A stretch of 64,000 nucleotides of DNA, taken from the human T2T-CHM13v2.0 reference genome, Homo sapiens. The notes below the pieces were generated by a model. The model was not told the origin of the DNA, made no database searches, and saw nothing but the letters and a program-made list of their open reading frames with translations. The position numbers and the translations under genes are program-made. Within the stretch, counting starts at the first letter, position 1, and every line of letters begins with the position of its first letter. Below, piece after piece: positions 46,301 to 59,516 of the stretch. Where the stretch lies: NCBI RefSeq assembly GCF_009914755.1, contig NC_060926.1; one strand, written 5' to 3'.

Positions 46301-48557
46301 AATTTGTCTCCCCTTTACGTTCATTTCCATCCTCTTTCTTCCAACCAGTTTATTTCCCCTTTGCCTATGAATATGTGCAATATCCCCATACTAAGAAAAA
46401 CCTTATACTCTACAATCTTCTCAACTTATCTTCTATTTCTCCTCTTTCCCTTCATCACCCAGTTTGCATCAGTTTATTCTGTATATGCTAGCTCCACTTT
46501 CTAATTATTCTTTTGTCTACTCTTTATATTTGGCTTCTGTCCTTACTCATCTTCTGAAATTGATAAAAATATGCAATACCATCCTCATCACCAGTTACAT
46601 GTTCTGTTCTCTGCTTTTTTTCTCTCTCCTGATCTCTTTATTGCTGGCACACTGTTCTTCCTTAAACTCTCTTCCCTTGACTTTTACAGTTCAGTAATTT
46701 CCAAAGCCTCAAATGGCTGTTTTTGTTGCTGTTGTTGTTGTTGTTCTTTTTTTTCTCTCTCCTAGTCATTCTATCCCCTAACTATAAGCATTCTTCATTT
46801 TTGTTATTAGACTTCTTTTTTTGGCACTCTTTCTTGGGTAACCTCGTACACTATCGCAGCTTATTACAGAGCCTGAATTCTGTTGGAATAAGTAAGAAGT
46901 GACTTTATATTTATCCAACTACTGATTCCATGTATGCTTTACTGAGTATTTCCTCTCCAAACTTGGCTGTCTCAGAAAGATCCCATAACTTCCCAGCCAA
47001 TTACCATTAAATGAACAGTATCATACAGTTAAGATTAATTTTAGAGCACATTCTCTTCCCTCTCTCCAAATTTGACCTGACTCCCTTTGGTATTGGGATT
47101 TGCAGTGAAAAAGGTATAGAATTTTTTTTTTTTTTCATTTACTGCTATTTTCTCTTTATTTTAGCCTCCCTCTTACATATTTGTCTTGAGCTCTCTCCAT
47201 TACTTGGCTTGAGGGAAGGGAAAGAACCCTTTTGTCTAATCCACAGGGATGATAAATTACCATTCTTAAAGATTCTTTATGTTAAAGAATGTTACAACTT
47301 CGATAAACTCACATCACAACTCTGATCTTAGCTTCTGTATGTTGTTTGAGGCCAAGGGAAGGCTGAGGAGAGAGGGTCCAGGACTGGTTTGGAGTTCACT
47401 TGGTAAACTGGAGAAGGCATGACCCTGGCAATTTTTTAAAAATATATAGGGAGTCCTACCAACAATTATACAGACCCAAGTTGTCTTCCAGACACATCAC
47501 CTACTCTTCCCTATGTGTACCTCGTGTACCTACACTCTTGCTGATGGCTTTTGCTTTGTCACTACCAAATCTTTAATTATTCTATTTCTTCTTCATATAA
47601 TATATACCTACCCCATCTCAGAAACCTCCTTTCCCTTGCAGCCTCCTCCACAAAGCTTCTACTAATCACTATTATTGCTGCTACCACCCTCATTTTTACT
47701 ACCTGCTCTAATTATATGGTATGATTTTTGCATTAAACCCAAGATAATTTTATAGTGATCTTATGAAACTTACTACTTCAACATGACATTTGGATATGAG
47801 CTTTAAATTTGAGTTTGATCAATTAGTCTTTTATTGTGCCTGAAAATAAGTCTTTACAAAGTGACACTATTCCTTTAACTGAAATGTGTACTTGTTTGAA
47901 TTTTCAGTTTAAACAGAAAACTCATTGTGAATAGAGGCAACATCTTATTCATTCCAGCATACTTCACAGTGTCTACAAGTGTCTTTCATATGTACTTGTA
48001 TTTTGTCAAGATGTACTGAATTGAAGGCTGAGGATGACATGGAGGGATGCTGACATGTCCTAGCTCACAGTGCCTAGCACTCAATAAACGTTAATTGAAT
48101 AAATTGATAAAAACTAGAGTATATGAAGATTCTTTTGCCTAATATTCTGAATCAAGCTAGAGACAAGTAGGTGTAGTCATAGGCTAAGATGGATGTGGAG
48201 AGATAAGAGGTACTTAAGAAAAAGAAGCTCTGGGATATCAGCTTAAGGGTCTACAATGGATCTGAATAAGAAATGAAAAGAAAATCCACAGATTGACATG
48301 TAGCAGCAAAAGGCTTGTTAAATTAAGCTGTATGAATCTATAATAGGGTAGACACAAGAGGTTCTATATAATATAAATGGACTTATTGCAACTATGAAGC
48401 AAATAAATTCTTTATTAGAAACAAACTAAACATCCATTTCCAGTGTATCTATGGGATTGCATAACTTTCAAATTATATTCCTTCTTGCCTTAGAATAATG
48501 ATTCACAGTGAAGCAACTGGTCAAATTTTCTCCTTTAAGGCTATAATAATTTATTAC

Positions 48558-48660
48558 AGCCAGGCACGGTGGCTCATGCCTGTAAGTCCAACACTGTGAT
48601 TGCACCACTGCGCTCCAGCCTAGGCAACAGAATGACAGGCTGTCTCAAAAACAAACAAGA
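48558..48660 (+). mobile_element. Internally deleted Alu (~100 bp)
   Basis: Alu 5' end fused directly to gtgattgcaccactgcgctccagcct and A-rich tail. Confidence 0.8.
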
Positions 48661-49767
48661 ACACGTACAGCTACCAGGCAAATCAATAAATATTAGTACA
48701 AATAATGTATACAATAAAAATACTAGGTGCTTATGGGGCCATACAACAATCTAAACTATTTTCAAAGCCAAATAAGGTCAAATAAAATTTAACAAGACAA
48801 AAATATAAGAAGAGCATTGCAGGTAAAAGGAAGAGGTTGGCAAAGGCTGGAAGTGGAATAGAATAAGAAATATTTTAAAAATTAAGAGAAGACCAACAGA
48901 GATTGATTGTGAAAGGAAAAAGAGAGTAACAGGAGTTTCAGACTGAAAATTATTATAGGGTCTGATTAAGAAGGATCATAACAGAGGCTTTGGACTTTAC
49001 ACATAAAGCAATAGAAATTCCTTGAAAGATTTTAAGTAAGCAGATGTATATTAAAAAAAAATCACTCTAGGCTTTGGTGAGTTTAGGAGACAGACTGGGA
49101 TGTTATTGCAGTATATAAGATAATATCAAATTTAATTAGGGTAAAGATAAAGATAGAGGGTGTTGGATTGCTAATAGATTTATTTAGAAGAAAAACTAAG
49201 CATAACTTGGTGGCAGATTAAATTCGTTTCAGTTTTATATATATACATTTTGGGTACTCATGAAGCATCCAGATGAAAATGTCAAAACAGTTAGTTATAC
49301 TTATTTAGAACTCAAAACAAAACAAAAAAAGAAGTAAAAGGAAGGAGAAGAAAACAAAAGTTTGGGATGAACATGTTTGACAACCACAGACACATGAATG
49401 AATATTGAAATTTTAGAAATATTGGAGAGCAAAGAGGGCTATCAAATGGCTATTTTACTAATTCAATAAATAATTGAATACCTAATTATGTAAACAATTC
49501 TAAGGAAGAGATTTAAATTGAGAATCTGGAATCATGTTGGTGCCTTTATTTGGATTTACACACACATAAAATAAATCTGTAATAAATGTGACTTCATCGA
49601 ATATGTACTAAATTATATGAACAAAGTGAATATAAACTTTTTTTCTGCTTAGGTAAGATATTCTTGATTTTGTCTCAGACATTACAGCTAAAAGTAATTA
49701 GTTTTTTTTCAATAGAACTTAGAAAACTCACTTAAAACTTGGAAGATATACGTAAATCTTAAAATTA

Positions 49768-49920
<153 letters not shown>

Positions 49921-50477
49921 TTATAATACAGTTTTGAGAAAAAAAATGTATTTGTCATGACTAAAATTAAATTTCTGAGCATTCACATAACTATCAAGAA
50001 ACTGTTTACTTCTTACATTCTTTTTAAATGTGTTTCCTAAGCAGAAAGCTGTAAATAAACTAATATGCAAATACTTTCAATCCTAATCTCACACACCTCT
50101 GGTTTAAACCATATAATGATATATTTACATGGTAAAACGAAGTTGAAACTTCTCCTACCTAAAGAAAATACCTATTTTAACTTTCTACTGACTTCAGGCA
50201 AAAGAGAACTTCTAACACTTGTTTACCTGCCTTCTGGAGCTCTCAGGAGATTTGGGCAAAGTTAACACTACATAATCTACTTCTACATAAAAAAACTTAT
50301 CCAAAGGCTCAAAAACATTAGAAGGAGCGAAGCCAAAAGCAAAAGAGACTATTTACCCCTGTGGCTAGAAGTACAAATAAAAGCACTGTTATGAGTTAGA
50401 AAAGATTTTTTATGAAGCAGTTTGAGCCCCTAACAAAATAGGTGTGAAACAGAAAGATAAAAAGCCATGGATTATAC

Positions 50478-50612
50478 CAGCAATCCAGTCAACAGCTATC
50501 CCTTCCACTCTTCCCAAGCCATTGGTAATGATATCTTCTTTCCAAGTCTGATCTCTTTTAGCTCTGCTAATTTTATTGAAGCCCATGTCTGTCCAGTAGA
50601 TGGTATCATTTT
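50478..50612 (-). CDS. LRP1B: LRP1B coding exon (135 nt, phase 1-1), YWTD propeller
   Basis: tag|AA AAT GAT ACC ATC TAC TGG ACA GAC...TGG ATT GCT G|gtataa; translates (E)[44 protein letters not shown](G). Confidence 0.97.
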
Positions 50613-51869
50613 CTATGGATAAGACACAGAAAAAAAAATACATATACACACACTGTAAAAGGTATCAATATCGGTGTTAGGATTATATTGCAACAGTATC
50701 TTTTAGGATATCATCCTGGGTATGCTAGATTTTTAAGTATTCTTCAGGATAATTTACTAATATAAATAGTAAAAAAAAAGCATGAAAAGAACATGAAAGA
50801 ACTTATATTTCAGTCAAATGATTTTTGAAGTATTTTTTGAAATATTATAGAAATAATCTATTGCATTGTTTATTGTTTTTATTAATTTCTCTACTTATTT
50901 TAACTCAATAAATCCTTATCCTGCATGAATTTGCAGCTTTGATTCCAAACCATGTTATTTTGGACCACAGTTTTTCTCTTCACAGCTATACCTATGTCTG
51001 AATCTCCTATTAAAATGAATACTACTAGGGAAAATCAACTCAACAAAACCTCAAAGTAGAGAGAGGACAGAAAGAAACATAAGAGCATTTCAATTATATC
51101 AAGAGTGTTTTAAGCATAAGGCCACTCAGAAAGTACAAAGTCTTAAAAATGCCTTATAATCCGATTATTCCTTCTAAGGTACGAGTTTCTTAAATGTCAA
51201 CTACAAGACCCTTACATTATTTTTCAAACTCTCATTGTCCAAATGGGCTTGAGAATACTTGAAGAATTGTTCTATGTGATCACAGAGTCTTTATATAAGA
51301 GTACTTTTTGAATACTTGAATGAAAAATGTGTCTAAAGACTATAAATGAAATATATGTGCATGCATATGCATAAAGGGTAGTAATTACAGGCCAATGATT
51401 TTAAACACAGCCACCAGAAAGACACTGGGGAAGAATCATTAAATAATAAATTTGCCAGCAACTAAGTACGTTTTTGTGTTGCGACCTACATGGCCATTTG
51501 AAGAATAAATCCTTTAAGACCAATAAAATTTCCCTCTGGCACACTGACAGACTATGAAAATAAAGAAAATGCAATTAGTATAATAAAGCCATTTATCAGC
51601 AAGCTTTGAGGTTCTGTTTCAAATGAAATATAGTCTTTACTTTTACCAGTTCAGGAAAAGATTCCAAATAATCCCTGTTCTCAGCAATGGTTAAGTCAGA
51701 CACACAATTGTTTGCAGCAGAGCAGAGATACCCTATCCAAATATATGTCTAGAAAGCAAGGATTTGTTTGATTTTCTCATTTGGTAAAAACATCAATTCA
51801 CATTTTTTCATTATTGTACCAGGGAATCAATCAACAAAAATAAATCTTATTTTTGCATAAATATTAAGC

Positions 51870-52990
51870 ATTGTATGTTGAGTCTAATTTTCTTCCCTAA
51901 ACATTAGACTTATACGTCCAACTGTCTCCTTTGTTTCTCTGCTTGTTTGTAGATAAAGCAATCTTGATGTACAATGGACAAATTCTCAATGAAATATGCT
52001 TCTCCTGAAGTCTTCTGCCTGACAACTCCCCTTTCCACGGTGGTGTGATAGTTGGCACCTCCATCCTCTGTTTCTTAGACTAAAAGCATCGGGATTGTCC
52101 TGATTATGTTTGCACATGCACCACTTCTAATCAATCACCAGATACTCTCATATTTAATCCATTACCAAGCATTTTTTGTTCACTTTTTTCTTCTTTCAAT
52201 GCATATCTATTATCCAACCACGTCATACTGTCTACTACTTATGTTGTAACTAAACCAATAACCACTATTGCCTGAAGTCTTGCAACAGCCTTCTAATTTG
52301 TTGCCTAGCTACCACTTTTCCCTTTCCACATGAGTCTTGCTTTGCCGCTTAGAAAAGTATAGCTACAGATATACTTTTAAAATATAAATAAGTTAGAATG
52401 GAGAAATTCCCAAAGGAAAAAAAAATGTAAATAAGAATTTCTCTCCGCTGTCTCGCACCAAACTCTCTAGTCACTTCCCATCTCATCCAAGGTAAAATTA
52501 AAGTTCCTTCTCATGAGTTTCATGATCTACCAACTCCCTCCAATCCTCCCTCGCCTAATTTTCTTCCACACTTCCCCTCACTTACCCATCTCTAGTAATA
52601 GATCTTCCTGTTCCTAAAATAAAATATTCTTCAGTACAAGAGTCTTCACATATTTTTTTTTCTTTTTGTCTTGAACGTTTTTCCCCAAGATATCTCAGCT
52701 GTCTTAGCTCAAATATCCCCTTCTTATTGAAACTTTCCTGCCTATTCTACAAAAATTATTCTTTTACCATGCTCTATTCTCTCTCACCAAAATGTATTTT
52801 CCTCCGTAGCACTTATCATTATCAAACACATTATATATTTGTTGGTTTGTTTGTTGAGTGTCTCTTTTGTCTCACAGAATGTAATTTCTTTGAGGGCTGG
52901 GACTTTATTTCATTTGCTGTTTTATCCCTGGTTATCTGGAATACTTTCTGGCACATAATAAGCTCAAAGTAAGCATTTAGTGAGTAATGA
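51870..52990. mobile_element. L2 relic
   Basis: ttgcaacagccttctaa, gaatgtaatttcttgagggc, tctggcacataataagctcaa. Confidence 0.6.
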
Positions 52991-55332
52991 GGTAATGTGA
53001 TATGCTGAATAAAGACTGGTTGGGAGGCAGATACAAAGAAAACACATCTCTTGCCATAAAAATGCTTTTTAGCTCATTAAGGAACAGAAGGTATACACAT
53101 GAAGAAATGGCTAACAACCAGAAATTGTGTAAGATGAGCAACATGTAAGCCATACAGGCAAGTATTTTTGCAGGAATTCAAAGAAGAAAATCAGGACAAT
53201 CTTTACAATAAAAAAAAAAGGTACCCCTTCATTTCATATTACTTTCTAATACCTTTGTCAGTACTGCAAAATTTTAGTCAATATATAATCATAAATCATT
53301 CCTTCCCATATACACCATGACATCTTGAACATATCTTTGTCATATTGAACTGAAATTGCATTTTTGCATTTCTTCCTAGAACTAGACCATTAAATATTTC
53401 ATGGATAAGGACTGCATCTCACCCAAATTTTCTCAATATAGTCACATGTACTATAGGTAGTTTGTAATACTGAAGCTATCTCTAAATGGTCAAGACCATG
53501 AGATCACAGCATTGAGGAACTAACATATTTTCTCGTATCCTTTCTATTAGGTACATTTGGGAAATTGGTGAGTAAATTAATCATGTGATGATGCATTAAG
53601 GAGAACCAAGAGTATAGAAGAATTAAATCACACATTGATACCCAAATCCCTTTCCTTATCAATTTTTTCACATATATGTTGTATACCCACACAAACACAC
53701 ACTAGACCAAATGTTTGCTAAGATAGGAAAACATGTTTTCTAATATCTTGGAGTATCTGCAAAATAAACACAAAGTAGGTAAAGAATGTTTTAATTAGGA
53801 AAAGAATCAGGTTGAAGGAGGATAACATTTTACAACAAATTGTAAAGATACAAAATGGAGATAGTTGCAAAGATAGAAAGAGAAGATTTTCAGAACCATG
53901 TCCTGATACTTATTTCCAAATATATTTCTTAAGTACCTCCATTCAATAGATACTTATGGAATTCTTAGTTTGTGCTAAGAATTACTGTAGGCATAAAATA
54001 TGGTGGTGATCTAACAGACACTATCTCTATAATCATGTAGTTTACATTCTAGAGTAAAATTAAAAATAAACTATCTTAAGACATATGGTAATTTGGTAAT
54101 GTATAATATAATTACAGGATTGTAAAATAGAATTTGTAATTTAAGATAATAACAATTATAATTACATCTCTACAGATATAATAAGACAAATATGAGTCTT
54201 TGAAGCCATTTTCAAGAATTACCATATAGGGAAATCGGCAGCCAGCTATTGTGCATTATAATTATAATTAAATTCAGAATTAAAGGGAAAACCATATATT
54301 GCTACAATGATATTTATCTGTAAAACAAGGAAAGACCTTTTGACAATGAGAAATATTACATTTTTTAGTTGGGAGAAAAGTTTTCCCTGGGTATTTAGAG
54401 ACTAAATCATGCAGGGTTCTGTCTGATAATAAGAAAAAGGAAATAAAAGTGTTTTAAAGATATTTCACCCTTGTCTGTATTCTTATGATTAATTAACAAA
54501 CACTTGTTGACCACCTTCTGTGAAAACACTCTACTCTACGTTATTATGGGCTTTTAGGTCCTAGAAAATTCAGTTATGTTTTCTGGCATAAATGTACATT
54601 CTATTTCAGAAAACAGCATAAATATATAAAAATATGCCAGGTAAAATATAATATATATGCTTACCATGATGCTCTGTCCTAAAATAATCACCAGCACACT
54701 AGGAAGATATAATAACAGGGTAGAAAACAAGGAGTCTAGGGCTGGGTTCTTATCACTGTTCTGCATTTACCATGAACATTTCACAAAGTTGCTTTTTCTT
54801 CATGCCCCATTTTCCTCATATATAAATATGAATAAAAATATAAATATATTCATGTAAAAAGTACATCTATGTATTTAAATAACAGAAGGCAGAATTTAGA
54901 TAACCTTTAGGATCTCTTCTGGCTATGATCTTCTAATGCTTTTATTTTTCGCTTGCACATAAAGGGAATACAATATCTCAATGTATGGTCCAATTTTAGC
55001 TGTTATGAAGATCTTCTTTTTCCCCTGTAGTTTTTGTTCACTTTAATTAGCTCTGTTTGTCTGATTCTAAAAATGATAAAGCATATGATTTTTCCCAGAA
55101 CATGCTACTCGTGGCTTTTATGTCACATTTCTTTTTAAACTACAGGACTTTACATTTATCCTATTAAATGTCAGCTTGTTAAATGGGATCATGGATCCTG
55201 CCTGTTGACATTTAAAAAAATTATATGTTATACAATGAAACTTTGTTGTGATATCCACAAATTTGATATGTAGGTTTTCTTCATCTTGATTCAAGCTAGT
55301 GATAAATGTGTTGAATTGGATCAAAGATGCAC

Positions 55333-55603
55333 TTTTTTTTTTTTTTTTTTTTTTTTTTGAGAAGGAGTTTCACTCTGTCGCCCAGCCTGGAGTGCAGTGG
55401 TGCGATCTTGGCTCACTGCAAGCTCCGCCTCCCAGGTTCATGCCATTCTCCTGCCTCAGCCTCCTGAGTAGCTGGGAATACAGGCGCCCACCAGCACACC
55501 CGGCTATTTTTTTTTTTTTTTTGTATTTTTAGTAAAAACGAGGTAGCACCATGTTAGCCAGGATGGTCTCGATCTCCTGACCTCGTGATCCGTCCACCTC
55601 GGC
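55333..55603 (-). mobile_element. 5'-truncated AluY
   Basis: ctgcaagctccgcctccc, ttagccaggatggtctcgatctcctgacctcgtgatcc; stops at cctcggc. Confidence 0.92.
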
Positions 55604-55669
55604 TTTTGACATACCGCAGGAGACTTCCCTCTGAGGCAAATTGTTTCCCTTTTTGTCATGCCTTAGTAA

Positions 55670-56180
55670 TTTATAATGTATATATATTTAAGTATATAAA
55701 TTTTAAGTGTACAGTTTGATGAACTTTTACATATGGAACACAACCATGTAACCACTACCTTGATCAAGATATAGATCACTGATAGCATCACACAGACTCC
55801 TCTGTGTCTTCTGGGAGTATCTCTTCTCTTCCCCTGTGGGCAGCCGCTATTTTGACTTCTACTACCTTAGATTAGTTTTCTTTAAAATGTTTTGATAAAT
55901 GGTAAATTACAGTATGTACTCTTTGGCCTGTTCTTTCATTCAAAATTATGACCATTAGATTCATCTTTTCTGTTGAAAGTGTCTTCCTTTTCCATGGTGT
56001 GAAAATGCCACAAATTATTTATCCATTTTGAACATTGAGGTTATGTTCAATTTCTGTCTGTTACAACTAATGCTATGAAAATTCTTTATTTTCCATGTCT
56101 TAGAAGAGACATACACTATCATTTCTACTGGATACCTACCCGGAGGTAAAATTGCTGAGATATATGAGTGATACCTTTAG
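55670..56180 (-). mobile_element. Ancient L1M 3' end
   Basis: ttttaagtgtacagtttgatgaact...ccatgtaaccactacc...atcaagatataga. Confidence 0.7.
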
Positions 56181-56553
56181 GAGATAGGGTTTATTTTAAT
56201 GCATTAATTATCTCAATGCTCTCCTAATTAAGAATCTAGAATCTATACTTTTTTCAACTATTGTTGAACTCTACTCTCCCCTTCATATCTGGCTAATTCA
56301 ACCATTAATACCTCTTAGTACAGTTGGACAGGCCAGAAATTCTGAATATTCTCCTATTTTCAGAAACTAGTTCAACATGCTTATCTACCTTGGCTGATAG
56401 TGCTCACTTTACCAGATAAGGGGCAAATGAGCAGCTTCAAATAAGCAATGACTTTAGAATGTAAAGCTTCCCTTTACTGTTTAATAATAAGTTGTTTATT
56501 AGTAGTAAAATTAGTAATAAAAGCAAGATAAACTATTATTAAATAGTAAAGGG

Positions 56554-57013
<460 letters not shown>

Positions 57014-57986
57014 TCAAGCTTTAGTCCTTTGGTCTGAGAATCTGGGAGGAAAAATAAATATGACGAACAACCACAACTCTGTTAAAAATAATTATATCCA
57101 ACTTTAACTTTGGGAACATCAAAAACTTGTAAACATCCCTAGTTCATCTTCTTCTTATTATTATTCAAATAGTAGCAAGTGCAACATGGGCAAGGAAAAA
57201 ATTTTGAAGATGAAAAGACTTTGAGAATTATTGACTATTGAATTAAGAGGAGTCATCAAGAAAGTTAAAGAAAGAAAGAGAGGAGAAGGGAAGGGAACAC
57301 ATTTCTCCGTTTTTATCATTGTCATAGCCATATCCATTTGCTAACATAATTTAAAGGGGAATATTAGGGATATGAGAAGAGTGAGATGAACTAAGGAGCT
57401 TTGAAAAAGATTTTTCTTAAAATTCTGTAACTGTAAATTGAGGGAGAAGGTTCTTACATTAATATTATCTCTTGTTGCCATATGGCCAATAATTTGAAAC
57501 AAGTTTTATCTGCACTAAGTATAAATGTGGCTTTATTCTAGATCTGGCACCTAACTTGAGAATAACTGTCGGATAGCAAAAAGTATATTAGCATAGTTGG
57601 TGAGGCTACTAATATTAGAAGTTAGCACCACAATTTATTAAAGATGAGTCTCATTACAAACTTTTTTTACCTTTAAAAACAAAACAAGAAGGAGAACAAC
57701 AACAACTATATAACCTTCTGCCATAAACAGTTCCTTCCAGGAGGGTCTGAGGTTGGCTGTTAGATCTGGTAATGAGGACTGATTCTTGTACACAGTTCCT
57801 AAAATGATAATTTGGTGAATGAGGTCAGGGAAGATGAGAATCTGGTTGACATCTAGGAGACTTACTTTCCCTAGGTTTATTAGCTAACAAAATTGTGCAA
57901 ATTTTGTAGATAAACGGATTCTTTCGTAATAAGTTCCGGTAATCTTTTCTTAGAGTTTATATACAATTCATTAAGAAGCTCAAGTT

Positions 57987-58120
57987 TGTCTGGGCACAGT
58001 GGCTCAAGCCTGCAATCCCAGCGCTTTGGAAGGCCAAGAAGGGAGGATTGCTTGAAACCAGGAGTTTGAGACAAGCCTGGGCAACACAGCAATACTTCAT
58101 CTCTATAAAAAAATAAATAA
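57987..58120 (+). mobile_element. FLAM-type Alu monomer
   Basis: left monomer plus A-rich tail; TSD aagaagctcaagtt / aagaacctcaaatt. Confidence 0.85.
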
Positions 58121-59294
58121 TAATTTTTAAAAGAACCTCAAATTAGATATACAGAACAAAAAATAATTTAAGGATAGTTCCAATTTATGAACAATAAAAT
58201 TTACAAGTTTATGTTTAGCTTATCTAATTTATTTACTTCCATTTTATTGGATCTATTAAACCCTATTCCATATTTTAAAAATAAAGACAACAGTGCTCTA
58301 TCCCAAAATTATGTGTTAAATTGCAAAAAATTCTATATAAAGTGTGTTTCAATTTCTTCATAAACTTCAGATTTGGGTTCTACAGGATGTAGCTATTATA
58401 TGTGACTATTACACTATTTTCAGTTAATGTAGTCTTTATTCCCTTGTAGAGAAAGATGCTGGAATTTTGTTGTTGTTGGATCTTTGACTTTTGTTTGCTA
58501 TATAGAAAAAAAGCTTATGGCTGTAGGAAGTCAATATAAAGTCATAGTACTAATGCTTATACGGAATCTTGACTTGTTTTCAAATTATCGAGATTAAAAA
58601 AATAATATTCCTCTCCCTGCCACCCCACAACTACCAACTTTTACTTAGATTTTAATTATTTACTATCACTTCCTGATGATCTGGTTGCACATACATTTCT
58701 TCTTTAAAGGTCAGAAATATAAGCATTCTTCATATTTTTTTACTGTCATTTATCCTCAGTGAACTTAATAGGTAGGCCCAGGAATACAATTTTTGCCACA
58801 TTTACAAAAACTGCCTTAAGGCCATGTAATGTATTAATACCTCTAATTTATCTAACATAATGATTTCTTTGGGGAACTAAAATCTTTCATATTTTCTTAA
58901 GCAACCTGTTTTTCCATTCTAAAATTTTGAGAAATATAACAGTTAACACTAATCCAAACCACCATCTTCTACCTTTTCAAAAATTACTCTTTTAAAGATA
59001 TTTTTGGAGGGAGGAAGCTTTCTCATATCACTTCTACATTTTTCAATCATCATGTTTCTTGACACAATATTTTGTTCCTGTTCTGTGCCATTTCAATCCA
59101 GATATCAAGACCAGACCTTTTTTTTTCATTCACTTCTCACTCTCCCACCCATATTGATATATAAAATCACTCATATAAACATGAAATACAAACAGTGAAA
59201 TAGAATTTCTGGAAACATGTCATAAGGACATTTATTATAATAGCGTAAAAACTCCAAACTGAAAATTAGCTATCTTTATTTCAAAAGGTGTTCT

Positions 59295-59516
59295 TGGGAA
59301 CATCACACACCGGGGCCTGTCATGGGGTGGGGGGAGGGGGGAGGGATAGCATTAGGAGATATACCTAATGTAAATGACGAGTTAATGGGTGCAGCACACC
59401 AACATGACATATGTATACATATGTAACAAACCTGCACATTGTGCACATGTACCCTAGAACTTAAAGTATAATAAAAATAAAAATAAATAAAAAAATAAAT
59501 AAAGTAAAATAAAAAA
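59295..59516 (+). mobile_element. 5'-truncated young L1PA 3' UTR
   Basis: gggaacatcacacaccggggcctg...gtaccctagaacttaaagtataata plus A tail; TSD aaaaggtg(g)ttct. Confidence 0.93.

Noticed and set aside
55320-55612. Truncated AluY apparently lacking a TSD (insertion-mediated deletion?)
   Set aside because: A short ctttt TSD merged with the poly(T) explains the junctions
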